DNA of 64,000 nt from Candidatus Poribacteria bacterium (GCA_965205025.1 CBDBFU010000002.1:224001-288000), one strand, 5' to 3'. Positions 50,901 through 60,994 are shown, numbered from the stretch's first letter. Notes: generated by a model from the letters alone, not told the origin. A program made the numbers and translations.

Positions 50901-52108
50901 CTTCCACCAAAACTTGTGATAGGGTCTCCTCCACGGGATGCAATAAAGCGACCATCAGGAGAATATGCAAAAATACCATACATATTTGGGATTAGGGAAA
51001 TCTCTTCTCCTGTTTTTACATCGTAGTGCCATACACCGATGCTACTTCCCACTGTGATTTGCGTACTATCTGGTGAAAACTGCATTCCCCAAATACCGCC
51101 CTTCCCTAAACGCATTTTGGCTTCTTTTGGCAGATGCCATTGTGGATAATTCTCCATTTTATTCTCCTCTCCTGTTTCTGTAGATAGTAGTTGTGTATTA
51201 TCCTGTTGTAGTTTAGGAACAGGAATATCAGGTTGTCGGTTATTATTTTCTACTTGTTGATGCACATTCGATTCTAATACAAGCTTATCTATTACAGGAG
51301 CCTCTACGATTTCAACCGACACCTCTGAACTCGCATCTAAACTATACGGTTGTTGAAAAAGTGACAAATTTTTATTACTGCCAATACCTAACATTATCAA
51401 TACAACTACGAATGTTGAGGCAGCGACTAACCAAGGGACAAACGGTTTGCTGGTTGGTGAAACTATGGGATCTGCTTTGGCGATCTCACGCATGATGTTT
51501 TCCGTGAGATTTGGTGTAATTTTATAGTTTTCCAACGCCTCTCTTATGAAAGGTTCATGTTTCATCAAACGTTGTCGTGCTCGACGTAGTCGACTCTTAA
51601 TCGTATTTGCTGACACCCCTAAAAACTCACTAATCTCTGTACATGACATTTCTCCGAAGTAATGCAATGTCACAACAGTGCGGTCACTCTCCTGCAGTTT
51701 AGCAAGCAACTTCTTCACTACATAACGTTGGGTTTCTACCGCGGATTGTTCTTTTTCCGTAACCACATATTCAGAATATATGGTTTCTTCAATTTTCTCA
51801 TTGTCCGCCTGTTCCATTTCTTCAAATGACTGTGTCTGTATACGTTTTTTACGCAACCAAGCCAAGCAGCACCGTCTTGTAATCACATACATCCAACCGG
51901 CAAATCGCTGTGGATCCTTTAAGGTTTTCAATCGCATATATGCTTTTAGAAATGCATCTTGCGTAATCTCTTCTGCAATATGGAAATCACAGATATACCG
52001 CCATGCAAGCGCGTGCACCTGTTTCCGATATTTTTCCACCAATTTAGAAAAAGCGTCGTCATCCCCTTCAAGGGTAAGTTGGATAAGTTCGGTATCGTCG
52101 TAGTTCAT
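47963..52108 (-). CDS. ECF sigma-TM-WD40 fusion with C-terminal helical/TPR-like and PA14-like domains
   Basis: Sigma2/4, TM, WD40, then WMILGPF...DSDDQGKVWLNG...GKNSILVKVC. Confidence 0.92.
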   Translation of the reverse strand: MNYDDTELIQLTLEGDDDAFSKLVEKYRKQVHALAWRYICDFHIAEEITQDAFLKAYMRLKTLKDPQRFAGWMYVITRRCCLAWLRKKRIQTQSFEEMEQADNEKIEETIYSEYVVTEKEQSAVETQRYVVKKLLAKLQESDRTVVTLHYFGEMSCTEISEFLGVSANTIKSRLRRARQRLMKHEPFIREALENYKITPNLTENIMREIAKADPIVSPTSKPFVPWLVAASTFVVVLIMLGIGSNKNLSLFQQPYSLDASSEVSVEIVEAPVIDKLVLESNVHQQVENNNRQPDIPVPKLQQDNTQLLSTETGEENKMENYPQWHLPKEAKMRLGKGGIWGMQFSPDSTQITVGSSIGVWHYDVKTGEEISLIPNMYGIFAYSPDGRFIASRGGDPITSFGGSHLEKGVVLWNIATASEVSVKEVLPAAKVIRFSNDSKTLVFLSMARDTIYRVNVETGETTTTKLGERPGYLHLENYALAEDKIAIGSDDGRIELWDTRTGIKLSTLREFGKEIRMPDYFVRNNHALTMKFTPDGTRLATGNLDTTVQLWDTSTGEELIVYQKPIVEGKTWRVSTENGKEIVNNPMKNERNGRPVVLAFSPDATLLACGSEDSTIKLWNTLTGKMIATFTGHFSKVGSLVFSPDGNTLVSGGTEGAIRFWDIKKRKPLQKRISGHMWMRTASILNDGSKLVSVSEHGIITVWDLKNSQKTTSITKTMLEEPLYWRWYRRVVLSPDGTILAAHGTQRNSTKPDFNRRVLRLSEVSTGRELKVLPSGYCEVFSPDGKTLISSSGNKIRLLNIETGAEREIVTSEHDEDSDDHKPLIRTVAFSPDGEKIVSGTMGGRVQLWDVETGAELSSFFEEIPPKDNSYRDSNPIFNLAFSSDSSLIAVGSNKRLRLIGRAKQPHFREVTFDNKSSCDKCIFSPDNTILIVGFWGGNIELWDVHTGDLLSTLEGHSVSVEDLSFSDDNKTLISVGGGTILFWDWEKVLTNIHEENQSPETVLQFLEHSTDKPKISDHILTNGEVYLANEWFEDAFIEFIKYLSAADYQSDEIVTTSPVFQYELFTKIGKVGKNIQDKEGFANMMDKLIDHFSHSLSIRINAHLVLADFYHQQGMHQKVEEHTREVDSITVDLSAESTTFQIDVYLSMAVYYHKKGMVEKSDEYIRKIDSIIHNLTPEQQRSTNFVLAEFYRVYRNSGNDSGMKVNAYIQKTGFIPKDSWMILGPFDNAGRIGFDTVYIPEDITEIDLDAKYDGLNEKVSWQKCTDDSLNGYIGFGKDVFWCVAYAFATLTSPDNREAQIRFDSDDQGKVWLNGEEVFTHTKTHSAEIDRYGIPITLKQGKNSILVKVCQEAGGWGFYLRITDQNGQPFDDLKINRKMQD

Positions 52109-52153
52109 TCGTCACCTCTAATATAAATGGTTCATTACCTTTTTATTCTCTAT

Positions 52154-52181
52154 GACGCGATCTGAAACGAAAACGGGTGCA
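52154..52181 (-). promoter_or_regulatory. Putative ECF promoter TGCACC-N16-CGCGTC
   Basis: Both hexamers and spacing identical to 56443-56470. Confidence 0.7.
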
Positions 52182-52265
52182 TAATTTTACCCGAATTTTG
52201 CAATTCCTTCAAACGGATCAATACATTATTCGTCTCTAATAACATATATATTTAATGTCACTCTC

Positions 52266-55200
52266 TTACTGTGTCACGCGATTGATCCCTAAATCCTCAA
52301 ACGCATGTCCGTTTTGGTCGGTAATCCGCAGATAGAATGCCCATCCACCCATCTCATTACATACCTTAACAAGAATACTATTCTTACCTTGTTTGAGAGT
52401 TACAGGAATAGTGTACCTATCAATTCTTGCCATAAAGGCTTTGGTATGCGAAAAGATCTCATTGCCATTTAACCATACTTTTCCTTGATCGTCACTATCG
52501 AATCGAAATTGAACTTCACGTTCATCCGGGGAGGTAACGGTTGCGAATGCATAGGAGACACGCCAATTAACATTCTCCTCACCAAGATGAATATAACCAT
52601 CTACCTCTTCATCCGTGAACTCTTTCCAACTTACTGTTCCATTGAGTCCATCATATTTTGCATTCAGGTCAATCTGTGTAATGTCTTCAGGGATGTATGC
52701 TGTATCATAGCCGACTCCATCAGCATTATCAAATGGTCCAAGTACCATCCAAGCGTCTTCTGTAACAAAACCAGTTTTTTGGATATACTCATCTGCTTTT
52801 TCAACTATACCAATCTCACGATAATAGTTAGCTAATTCGAATTTAGTTTCTAACAGAAGTTTCAGACTGTAGGGATCATTATGGTCAAGTTCAGCCGTCA
52901 TATCACCAATCTTCTTAATAAACAGATCTGCCTTCTCAACCATATTACTTTCATGATAATACTTAGCCATACTGAGACTGGCGTCCAACTGGTGGTTAAG
53001 ACTCTCAGTGGGAAGGTCAGCAGTTATAGATTCAATTTTCTTAATATGCTCCTCTGCTTTTTGATGTCTACCATCATCGTGATAGAATTTAGCCAAAACC
53101 AGATGTGCATTTAACTGGATACTTAGACTATCAGGAGAAAGGTCGATTAATTGATTCACCATATCGGTAAACCCATTTTTATTCTGGATGCCCTTGCTAA
53201 ATTTGCCAATTTTTGCGAATAACTTGCGTTGAAAACTTGGGGATGTTGTGACATTCCAATCTGGTGGATAATTTGTAGGGAATAAGTATCTTTTAAATTG
53301 TTCTAACGCTGCTTCATACCATTCGTTTGCAAGATATACCTCTCCTTGTGTTAGGAAACGATCTACACTTTTCGCTGGATGCGATGAATGTTCAACGAAT
53401 TTTATCACTTTTTCTTTGGATTGTTCATGAATGTTAATGTCCACATCAGCCTTATGTTCCTGATTCTCTCCACGCGCACTTCTAAGAACTGTGTCCCAAT
53501 CCCAAAACAGAACGTTCCCACCTCCAACACTAATAAGAGTCTTATTATCTGGTGAAAATTTCAAATCTTCTAAAGATACCGAGTGTCCATGAAGTGTCGT
53601 AAGTAATTCTCCAGTTGGCACATCCAATAACCGAATTTCGCCACCATAAAGGCTTCTAAGAAGTACACTATCATCTGGAGAAAAAACTAATAAATCGTCA
53701 TAGACGTTGTCATCTTCGGATACCTCCTTAAAATAAGGTTGGTTCGAACTTCCCAATAAACGTATCTTTTTCCTGCTTCCTACAGCAAGGAGTGAACCAT
53801 CTGAAGAGAAAGCAAAGGCTCTAATAGAATCCTGATAATTGCCATCAATTGGAGGTTGTTCTTCAAAGAAAGAAGATAATTCAACTCCTGTTTCCACATC
53901 CCACATCTGAACAAGTCCCCCGTTTGTACCACTGACAATCTTTTTCCCATCTGGTGAGAATTCAAAACCATTGAGAACTGGGGTATGCGTATCGGAATCA
54001 TCATCCGGTTCTTCAGCTATAATGATCTCCCACATTTCACCTGTTTCAGTATTCAATAAGCGTATCTTATTTCCACCCCAAGCAGCTAAGAGTTTTCCAT
54101 CAGGTGAAAAAATTCTGCCACTTCCACTCGGAAATGCTTTCAATTCCCGTCCTGTTCTGACATCAGTTAAACGAAGTACAGAAGTATTATCGCTTTGTCT
54201 GCCGTGATTGGCAAGTTTTGTTCCATCAGGGGATAACGCATAATGTCTGTAACTTTCCCAATATAACGGTTCCTCAAGTGTCGCTTTAGTCTTGAAGGTA
54301 GTTTTTTGTGAATTTTGCATATCCCATACGGTGACGATACCGTTGGATGAAACACTTGCCAAGTGGGATCCATTATAAAAAAAAGATGCTGTTCTCATCC
54401 ACATGTGTCCTCCAATGCGAGTTTGGAGGGGATTACGCAGTCTAATATCCCAGAAACGAACCGTACCATCGGCACTTCCACTTGCAAGGGTGTTCCCATC
54501 TGGGGAAAATGCTAATATGCGTATAGTACTGAGGTGTCCTGTGAAAATTACGATCAATTCACCAGTAAGAGTATTCCACAATTTTATTGTACAATCTTCA
54601 CTTCCACAGGCAAGGATAGTGCCATCTGGAGAGAATGCCAAGCTAATTGGTCTTCCCATCCTCTCATCCTTCATAGGATCTCGTACTATATTCTTGCCAT
54701 CTTGAGAGAATACCAGATTACCTTTGCTTTGTTTAGGCTTTTGTAAGGTAATCAACTCTTTGCCTGTGGTTGTATCCCATAGTTGTACCGTTGTATCTAA
54801 ATTTCCAGTTGCGAGTTGTGTGCCATCTGGTGAAAATTCCATAGTTAAAGGATGGTTTTCCTTCGAAAAAGAACGCGGCATACGGACTGTTTCACCATAT
54901 TCCTTAAGTGTGAATAACCTATTACCTGTCGTTGTGTCCCATAACTCAAGCTTTCCTTTTCTGTCTGAAATAGCGATTTTATCTTCAGTTAGTTCATAGT
55001 ATTCAGATGATGAAGTCTCAGTCCTTTCCCGCATTTCTGTGACTTTCTTTTCTCCGGTCTCCACATTCCACCTGATAATCTCACGTCCGGATTCACCTAT
55101 ACTTATAATCGTTTTTCCATTATCAGTAAATAGGAAACTGGAAGACAAAGAAGGAGCATCAGTCGGTGTGACATTTTTTCCTGTGGCCATCTCCCACAAT

Positions 55201-56396
55201 TCAACATTACCCCCACCTTTTACAATTAAACGTCCATCTGGTGAAAATGCTAATGCTATAGATCCTCGCCTTCCAGGAAATAGGGACATTTCCTTACCTG
55301 TACTTACATCGTAGAACCAGATTCCGAGCGTGCTACTCAACGCGAGTTGCGTGCCATCTGGTGTAAACTGAATTGCCCCAATACCACCCTTACCTAATCG
55401 CGCTTTAGCTTCTTTTGGAATCTCCCATTGTGGATAATTTTCAACAGTACCATTTGCCTGTACATCTTCAACTGATGGTGTATCATTAGATTGTTCTTCA
55501 GAAACTGTCTTTTTAATTTGTGCATTCATACTACCAATTTTCCTTTGTTCCTCAGGTTTCAATGTAGGTTTTTTCATAACTGGTGCCTCCACAATATCAA
55601 TCTCTGTCTCAGACTTAGCATCAAAATTATAAGGTTGCTGAAACCGTGTTAATGTCTTGTTGTATCCAAACCCTAACATTAGCATAACAACTACTACTAC
55701 TGATGTAGCAGTAATTAACCATGGAACCAACGGTTTATTTCCAGACGGAACAGTGGGTTGTGTTTGTGAAATCTCACGCATGATGTTTTCTGTAAGATTT
55801 GGTGTAATTTTAAAGTTTTCCAATGCCTCTTTTATGATGGGTTCATGTTCCTTTAAACTTTGTCGTGCTCGACGTAGTCGACTCTTAATCGTATTTGCTG
55901 ATACACCTAAAAACTCACCGATCTCTGTACATGACATTTCACCGAAGTAATGCAATGTCACGACAGTACGTTCACTCTCCTGTAGTTTTTCGAGTAATTT
56001 CTTCACAATTTCGCGTTGATTTTCTACCGTGGCTTTCTCTTTTTCCGCTACCACATATTCAGAATACACGGTTTCTTCTAATTGCTCATTGTCTACCTGC
56101 TTCATTTGCTCATGCGACTGTGTCCGTAGACGCTTTTTACGCAACCACGCCAGACAGCACCGTCTTGTAATCACATACATCCAACCAGCAAATCGCTGTG
56201 GATCCTTCAAGGTTTTCAATCGCATATATGCTCTTAGAAATGCATCTTGTGTAATTTCCTCAGCGATATGGAAATCACAGATATACCGCCACGCAAGCGC
56301 GTGTACCCGCTTCTGATATTTTTTCATCAGCATAGAAAATGCGTCGTCATCTCCTTCAAGGGCACGGTGGATAAGTTCAGCATCTTTGTATTCCAT
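52266..56396 (-). CDS. ECF sigma-TM-WD40-PA14-like fusion (tandem paralog of 47963-52108)
   Basis: Same architecture; sigma core nearly identical to the neighbour. Confidence 0.92.
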   Translation of the reverse strand: MEYKDAELIHRALEGDDDAFSMLMKKYQKRVHALAWRYICDFHIAEEITQDAFLRAYMRLKTLKDPQRFAGWMYVITRRCCLAWLRKKRLRTQSHEQMKQVDNEQLEETVYSEYVVAEKEKATVENQREIVKKLLEKLQESERTVVTLHYFGEMSCTEIGEFLGVSANTIKSRLRRARQSLKEHEPIIKEALENFKITPNLTENIMREISQTQPTVPSGNKPLVPWLITATSVVVVVMLMLGFGYNKTLTRFQQPYNFDAKSETEIDIVEAPVMKKPTLKPEEQRKIGSMNAQIKKTVSEEQSNDTPSVEDVQANGTVENYPQWEIPKEAKARLGKGGIGAIQFTPDGTQLALSSTLGIWFYDVSTGKEMSLFPGRRGSIALAFSPDGRLIVKGGGNVELWEMATGKNVTPTDAPSLSSSFLFTDNGKTIISIGESGREIIRWNVETGEKKVTEMRERTETSSSEYYELTEDKIAISDRKGKLELWDTTTGNRLFTLKEYGETVRMPRSFSKENHPLTMEFSPDGTQLATGNLDTTVQLWDTTTGKELITLQKPKQSKGNLVFSQDGKNIVRDPMKDERMGRPISLAFSPDGTILACGSEDCTIKLWNTLTGELIVIFTGHLSTIRILAFSPDGNTLASGSADGTVRFWDIRLRNPLQTRIGGHMWMRTASFFYNGSHLASVSSNGIVTVWDMQNSQKTTFKTKATLEEPLYWESYRHYALSPDGTKLANHGRQSDNTSVLRLTDVRTGRELKAFPSGSGRIFSPDGKLLAAWGGNKIRLLNTETGEMWEIIIAEEPDDDSDTHTPVLNGFEFSPDGKKIVSGTNGGLVQMWDVETGVELSSFFEEQPPIDGNYQDSIRAFAFSSDGSLLAVGSRKKIRLLGSSNQPYFKEVSEDDNVYDDLLVFSPDDSVLLRSLYGGEIRLLDVPTGELLTTLHGHSVSLEDLKFSPDNKTLISVGGGNVLFWDWDTVLRSARGENQEHKADVDINIHEQSKEKVIKFVEHSSHPAKSVDRFLTQGEVYLANEWYEAALEQFKRYLFPTNYPPDWNVTTSPSFQRKLFAKIGKFSKGIQNKNGFTDMVNQLIDLSPDSLSIQLNAHLVLAKFYHDDGRHQKAEEHIKKIESITADLPTESLNHQLDASLSMAKYYHESNMVEKADLFIKKIGDMTAELDHNDPYSLKLLLETKFELANYYREIGIVEKADEYIQKTGFVTEDAWMVLGPFDNADGVGYDTAYIPEDITQIDLNAKYDGLNGTVSWKEFTDEEVDGYIHLGEENVNWRVSYAFATVTSPDEREVQFRFDSDDQGKVWLNGNEIFSHTKAFMARIDRYTIPVTLKQGKNSILVKVCNEMGGWAFYLRITDQNGHAFEDLGINRVTQ

Positions 56397-56442
56397 CGTT
56401 ATATCCTGGCTTAAAGTCGTTGATTATCTATTTAAACACTGT

Positions 56443-56470
56443 GACGCGCAATAGAGTGCAAACGGGTGCA
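56443..56470 (-). promoter_or_regulatory. Putative ECF promoter TGCACC-N16-CGCGTC
   Basis: Matches 52154-52181. Confidence 0.7.
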
Positions 56471-56587
56471 TAAATTTACACTTTGTGGTGGGAAGGATTT
56501 ATTATGGATGGTTATCTCCATAGTAAGTGGGTTTTGGAATCCCACCTACTACGGTAAGAAGTACTTCTATGAACAAGTACCAATAGA

Positions 56588-57934
56588 TTACACCCAAGAT
56601 GATTTCAACTCATGTATTTTCAACGACGCAAGTGTAGCAGAACCACCCTCAGAATAAATACCAATATCAGCATTATCAAGGTTAGGAAGGAAATAGGAGG
56701 TCATTGATAACGCTCCAACATTTCCAAATGCCTCAATAGAGATACGATCCACCAGAATTTGCAACTGGATCTTACCGTCTTGAAGTGCAAGAGGACCACT
56801 CCTTTCAAGGAAGGTCAACTGCTCTTCTTCTACACTATACCGTACATCTTGACCACGAATATTGAAACCGACAGCCGACGCATCATTGAGTTCGATCTCT
56901 GCCCGGATATCAAAAAGTTCACCTGTTAATCCATCAAGAAGATTTTCATCAGGATTAAGTGGTACATTACTCCATGCATGTGTATAGTCATGGATATTGA
57001 CAATTTCTTCAACAGGTTGACGATGTAAACGGATTCCCTCTGATGTTGTCCGAAGTGTCAACACGCAAGGGAAACTCATCTGCTGATTAAACGGCATCTC
57101 TGGTGGATTACTACCGTTCATCCATGCGATTTGAATACGACGGCCATCCGAATCCGGTATATCACTCCAAGTTTGTGCTGCGTAAAAGTTCGCACCGTAA
57201 TCTGCTCTGTGTGATTCACCATCTGGTGTGAAAGTTGTGCCATCAAAATCACCAACATAATACTTACCACCAGCACCCCAGAACACCCATTTAGTATTAT
57301 CGGGATCATCATCAACAGGGAGTTCAAAGATGTCTGGACATTCCCCATCTGGAATCTTTATGTCCGAAAGTCGTTCCCATTCCCTTAGGTTTGTGGATCC
57401 GAAAAAAGCAAAGTCATTTCCGTCAAGGAAAAGTGTCATTACCCACTTATTTGTAGGTTCATGCCAGATTACCTTTGGATCACGATTACTCGCAACAATA
57501 TGTTCAATGACAGGATTTCCTTCATATTTAGTCCAACTTCTACCACGGTCATTGCTATAAGCGATACTCTGTGTGAACGGCACAGGTTCAGGGGCATGGT
57601 TTCCAGCGGATGTATAGAAAGCCACCAGAACCGATTCGTCTCCTGTCTGGAATCCAGCAGTATTGTTCCAATCCACAACACCGGAACCCGAAAAAATCGT
57701 TCCAAGTTCATCCGGATGGATGGCGTGTGGGAGTTGTTTCCAATGAACAAGATCTCGACTTACAGCGTGCCCCCAGGTCATGTTCCCCCAATTGATACCT
57801 GTTGGATTGTGTTGGAAAAAGAGGTGATATTCCCCTTTATAATATATCAATCCGTTTGGATCATTCGTCCAATTTGTTTTTGGTGTAAAATGGAATTGTG
57901 GACGATACGTTTCATTATATGCAGTTTGAATCAT
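56588..57934 (-). CDS. Glycoside hydrolase family 32 (levanase/inulinase-like)
   Basis: WTNDPNG, WGHAVS, FSGS, RDP, ECPD. Confidence 0.95.
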   Translation of the reverse strand: MIQTAYNETYRPQFHFTPKTNWTNDPNGLIYYKGEYHLFFQHNPTGINWGNMTWGHAVSRDLVHWKQLPHAIHPDELGTIFSGSGVVDWNNTAGFQTGDESVLVAFYTSAGNHAPEPVPFTQSIAYSNDRGRSWTKYEGNPVIEHIVASNRDPKVIWHEPTNKWVMTLFLDGNDFAFFGSTNLREWERLSDIKIPDGECPDIFELPVDDDPDNTKWVFWGAGGKYYVGDFDGTTFTPDGESHRADYGANFYAAQTWSDIPDSDGRRIQIAWMNGSNPPEMPFNQQMSFPCVLTLRTTSEGIRLHRQPVEEIVNIHDYTHAWSNVPLNPDENLLDGLTGELFDIRAEIELNDASAVGFNIRGQDVRYSVEEEQLTFLERSGPLALQDGKIQLQILVDRISIEAFGNVGALSMTSYFLPNLDNADIGIYSEGGSATLASLKIHELKSSWV

Positions 57935-58231
57935 AATCTGTTCCTCTCTATAATTGTATGATAGTCTGTACTTACTTCTCTTAACGGTATATTTTGGTTG
58001 ACATTCTATACCTCGTATTCTATTTTGTCAAGAACGGCTTAATTGGAGCTGAGACAATTTGTCAGATTGGATAGTGTATGAAACCTAACCTCTTATACAG
58101 AAAAATCGTAGATTAGAATTTTAAATTTGTATAGAACTTGTATTTTTACAAAATTATACATCAATTTTGACGTTTCACGGGTTGTCATATATAATACAGA
58201 TTAATGAACCTATTTCGCATTGAGACTAACT

Positions 58232-60802
58232 ATGATCAGAGAAGCACTTCACAACCTCAAAATTTCACCTGTCCTTACTGATAACATCATGCGTGAAACC
58301 TCTCAAATTAAACCCACTCCATCACCTACCAACAAACCTTTAATACCATGGGTAATAGGTGCATCAAGTATTATATTGATTGTCCTTATGATTGGGATAG
58401 GTAGCCAATACATAGGACGTTTTCAGAAACCTTATAGTTTGGATACCCAATCCGAAACAACAGTTGAAGTGGTTAATTCACCAGTTGTCAAGAAACTAAA
58501 TATAAAACAGGATGAACAAATTCAGTTAGGTGGACGTTCCGATAAGGGGGGTAAGAACAGGGACAACAGTGAGGAGTCGAACCAAACTATTGCTGATAAT
58601 AGTGATTATACGTTATGGGGATTGCCAGAAGATGCAATACGACGACTTGGGAAAGGCACGTTTACAGATATGCAGATATCTCCTGATGGTGATAGCTTAG
58701 CTATTGCCAGTTCAACAGGTATTTGGTTATACGATATCAAGACAGGATCAGAAACCGCTCTTCTTACAGAAAACAGCGCGTTAATAGGATATATAGCATA
58801 CTCTCCTGATAGTACTAAACTGGCGAGTACTGGTGGAGATAAGAAATGCCGTATCTGGGATATTAAGAGTCAGAAACTTCTTTTAACATTCAAATCTCCT
58901 GATTGGGTTTTCGGTCTGACATTCCTTGATGATGGGAAAACGCTTGTAGGTGAAGGTTTAATAGGTAAATCATCTACCTTTTTTACAAATGGACCTTTGA
59001 GATGGGATGTTCCTAAAATTTGGACTTGGGATATAACCACAGGAAAACTATTAAGTACATATACTACAAAACTTCCGAAATTTAACCTCATGAAAGATGC
59101 AAGAAGCAGTGTCATGGTAAAGGGTTTTGCCAATAAATCACGCGCCATTTTTGCTGTTGAAAATGTAGAATATATAATTAGTGATAGGGAAACAAACACT
59201 GGATATGTAGATCATACAATTAGTGTTAAGGATGCAAACACTAGACTGGAACTAACTAAAATTCCGATAAAAAAAGGGAGGCTATACTCCTACAATTTCT
59301 CGCCAGATGGTAAAAACCTTGCGATTGCACATCACGAGAGTGTGGATATCTGGAACCTTGATACGAACAAACTGATCGGAACGTTTCCAATTATGCGTTC
59401 TGATTATGACAGGAAGTATCGTCTTACATTCTCAAGAAATGGAAAAATCCTCGCAGGAGCATTTAATACACAGGGTATCACTCTATCAAAGGATATCACG
59501 CTATGGAATATGGAAACCCGTTCCAAAATTGCTACAATCGAAAATAAGAGTGAAGGACTATGGGACTTTGTCTTATCTCCTGATGGAACAACTATTGCTA
59601 CCATAAACCATCAAGGGGTAGTAGATTTTTGGTCAGTCAATACTGGCAAACATGAACGTTCATTCACGACTGGATATACAAATAGATTTACTAAGTTGGC
59701 TTTCAGTCAAGATGGTAAAACAGTTGCAGGTACGGTTGGTAACGCAATCCATTTGTGGGATACAGATACTGGCAACCAGAAGTCGGTGTTACAAGTGCCG
59801 GATAATAGAAACAGACATTTAGAACAAAATCAGCGAATTGATCATAGGAACAGCAAGAAACCTGTCCTTTTCAGCTTAACTTTCTCCAAAGATACCGAAA
59901 CCTTATTTACATGTAACACTTTAGGTGTATTCGGAATATGGGATATTACCACTAAGAAATACAGTATCTCTAACTCTATATTAAGCAGACCTTCCATTAG
60001 GTCTCCATGGATAAGCCCATTAACAGAAGGGGCATTGAATTTTACTTTACCACGAACATCAAATATCTACCACCTTATCTCAGCCTCCGTGGATAATACC
60101 AATTATTTTACATCTGAAGCCGATTTTTCAGAAAATGGTGAATTCTTTGCAGTAAAAGATCGGAATGGTTCTGTGAAAGTATGGCATATCCCTATAGAAA
60201 AAAGTTTACATTCACATACAAGCAAAAACAAGGAAGATAAGACAAGCAAAAACAAGAAAGATAAAATTCCGCTAAAATTATCATTCTCCTACAATGGTAA
60301 AACACTGGCTATTGGAGAAAAGCATGATATTAGGATATTAGATACAAAGAAAGGTAATACAATTACGACTTTCAAGATGCCGAATAAGGAACTAAGTGGA
60401 TTTGAAAAATTACAGGCTATGTTCGGTAAAAAGTTTATTGATTTGGGAGTTGAAACAATAGCATTAGCACAAAACGAAAGAATGCTTGTATCTGGAAGTG
60501 GCGGTAATATTATCTATGTGTGGGATGTGGCAACGCGAGAACGTATCTTAACACTCAAGCATACGGACGAAGTGTGTAAATTAGCATTTAGCGCGGATGG
60601 TAATCGTCTTGCCAGTGGGGATGTAGATGGGAAAATATACTTATGGGAGATACCTTCGGGACAGAAACTTTCCACATTTAAACCGTATGAAAGTCCAATT
60701 ACGCAACTGGTATTTTCACCTGACGGCAAAACCCTTACAAGTACAAATTTATACTCTCGTTTTACGGGAACTATACTTCTTTGGGATGTTCCATCCGAAT
60801 AA
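58232..60802 (+). CDS. Membrane-anchored WD40 protein derived from the sigma-WD40 family but lacking the sigma domain
   Basis: Begins MIREALHNLKISPVLTDNIMRE (post-sigma4 linker), TM, RFQKPYSLD, YTLWGLPEDAIRRLGKG, WD40. Confidence 0.82.
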   Translation: MIREALHNLKISPVLTDNIMRETSQIKPTPSPTNKPLIPWVIGASSIILIVLMIGIGSQYIGRFQKPYSLDTQSETTVEVVNSPVVKKLNIKQDEQIQLGGRSDKGGKNRDNSEESNQTIADNSDYTLWGLPEDAIRRLGKGTFTDMQISPDGDSLAIASSTGIWLYDIKTGSETALLTENSALIGYIAYSPDSTKLASTGGDKKCRIWDIKSQKLLLTFKSPDWVFGLTFLDDGKTLVGEGLIGKSSTFFTNGPLRWDVPKIWTWDITTGKLLSTYTTKLPKFNLMKDARSSVMVKGFANKSRAIFAVENVEYIISDRETNTGYVDHTISVKDANTRLELTKIPIKKGRLYSYNFSPDGKNLAIAHHESVDIWNLDTNKLIGTFPIMRSDYDRKYRLTFSRNGKILAGAFNTQGITLSKDITLWNMETRSKIATIENKSEGLWDFVLSPDGTTIATINHQGVVDFWSVNTGKHERSFTTGYTNRFTKLAFSQDGKTVAGTVGNAIHLWDTDTGNQKSVLQVPDNRNRHLEQNQRIDHRNSKKPVLFSLTFSKDTETLFTCNTLGVFGIWDITTKKYSISNSILSRPSIRSPWISPLTEGALNFTLPRTSNIYHLISASVDNTNYFTSEADFSENGEFFAVKDRNGSVKVWHIPIEKSLHSHTSKNKEDKTSKNKKDKIPLKLSFSYNGKTLAIGEKHDIRILDTKKGNTITTFKMPNKELSGFEKLQAMFGKKFIDLGVETIALAQNERMLVSGSGGNIIYVWDVATRERILTLKHTDEVCKLAFSADGNRLASGDVDGKIYLWEIPSGQKLSTFKPYESPITQLVFSPDGKTLTSTNLYSRFTGTILLWDVPSE

Positions 60803-60937
60803 AGAGAGCGAAGAATTCTGATTTAGATTTTTTCTGTAGGAGGGGATTCCAATCCTCGATCTTAACTACAAAGTATCGTGATTCGAAGAACATACCTTCC
60901 AGTGCTTTAATGTCAAAAACTTTACATACTCGTTTAA

Positions 60938-60967
60938 TTGACATTTCATATCATTCTTCAGTATAAT
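60938..60967 (+). promoter_or_regulatory. Sigma70 promoter upstream of the Rpn gene
   Basis: TTGACA-N18-TATAAT. Confidence 0.6.
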
Positions 60968-60994
60968 AAACATAGGTGGCAATAGTTTTTAGCT

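Noticed and set aside
27734-56316. Many 60-180 aa ORFs overlapping WD40, TPR and sigma genes
   Set aside because: Antisense or off-frame shadows of repetitive coding sequence with no independent motifs
60218-60264. 24-bp tandem duplication (TSKNKEDK/TSKNKKDK)
   Set aside because: Simple in-frame slippage in a probable loop; no sign of phase variation
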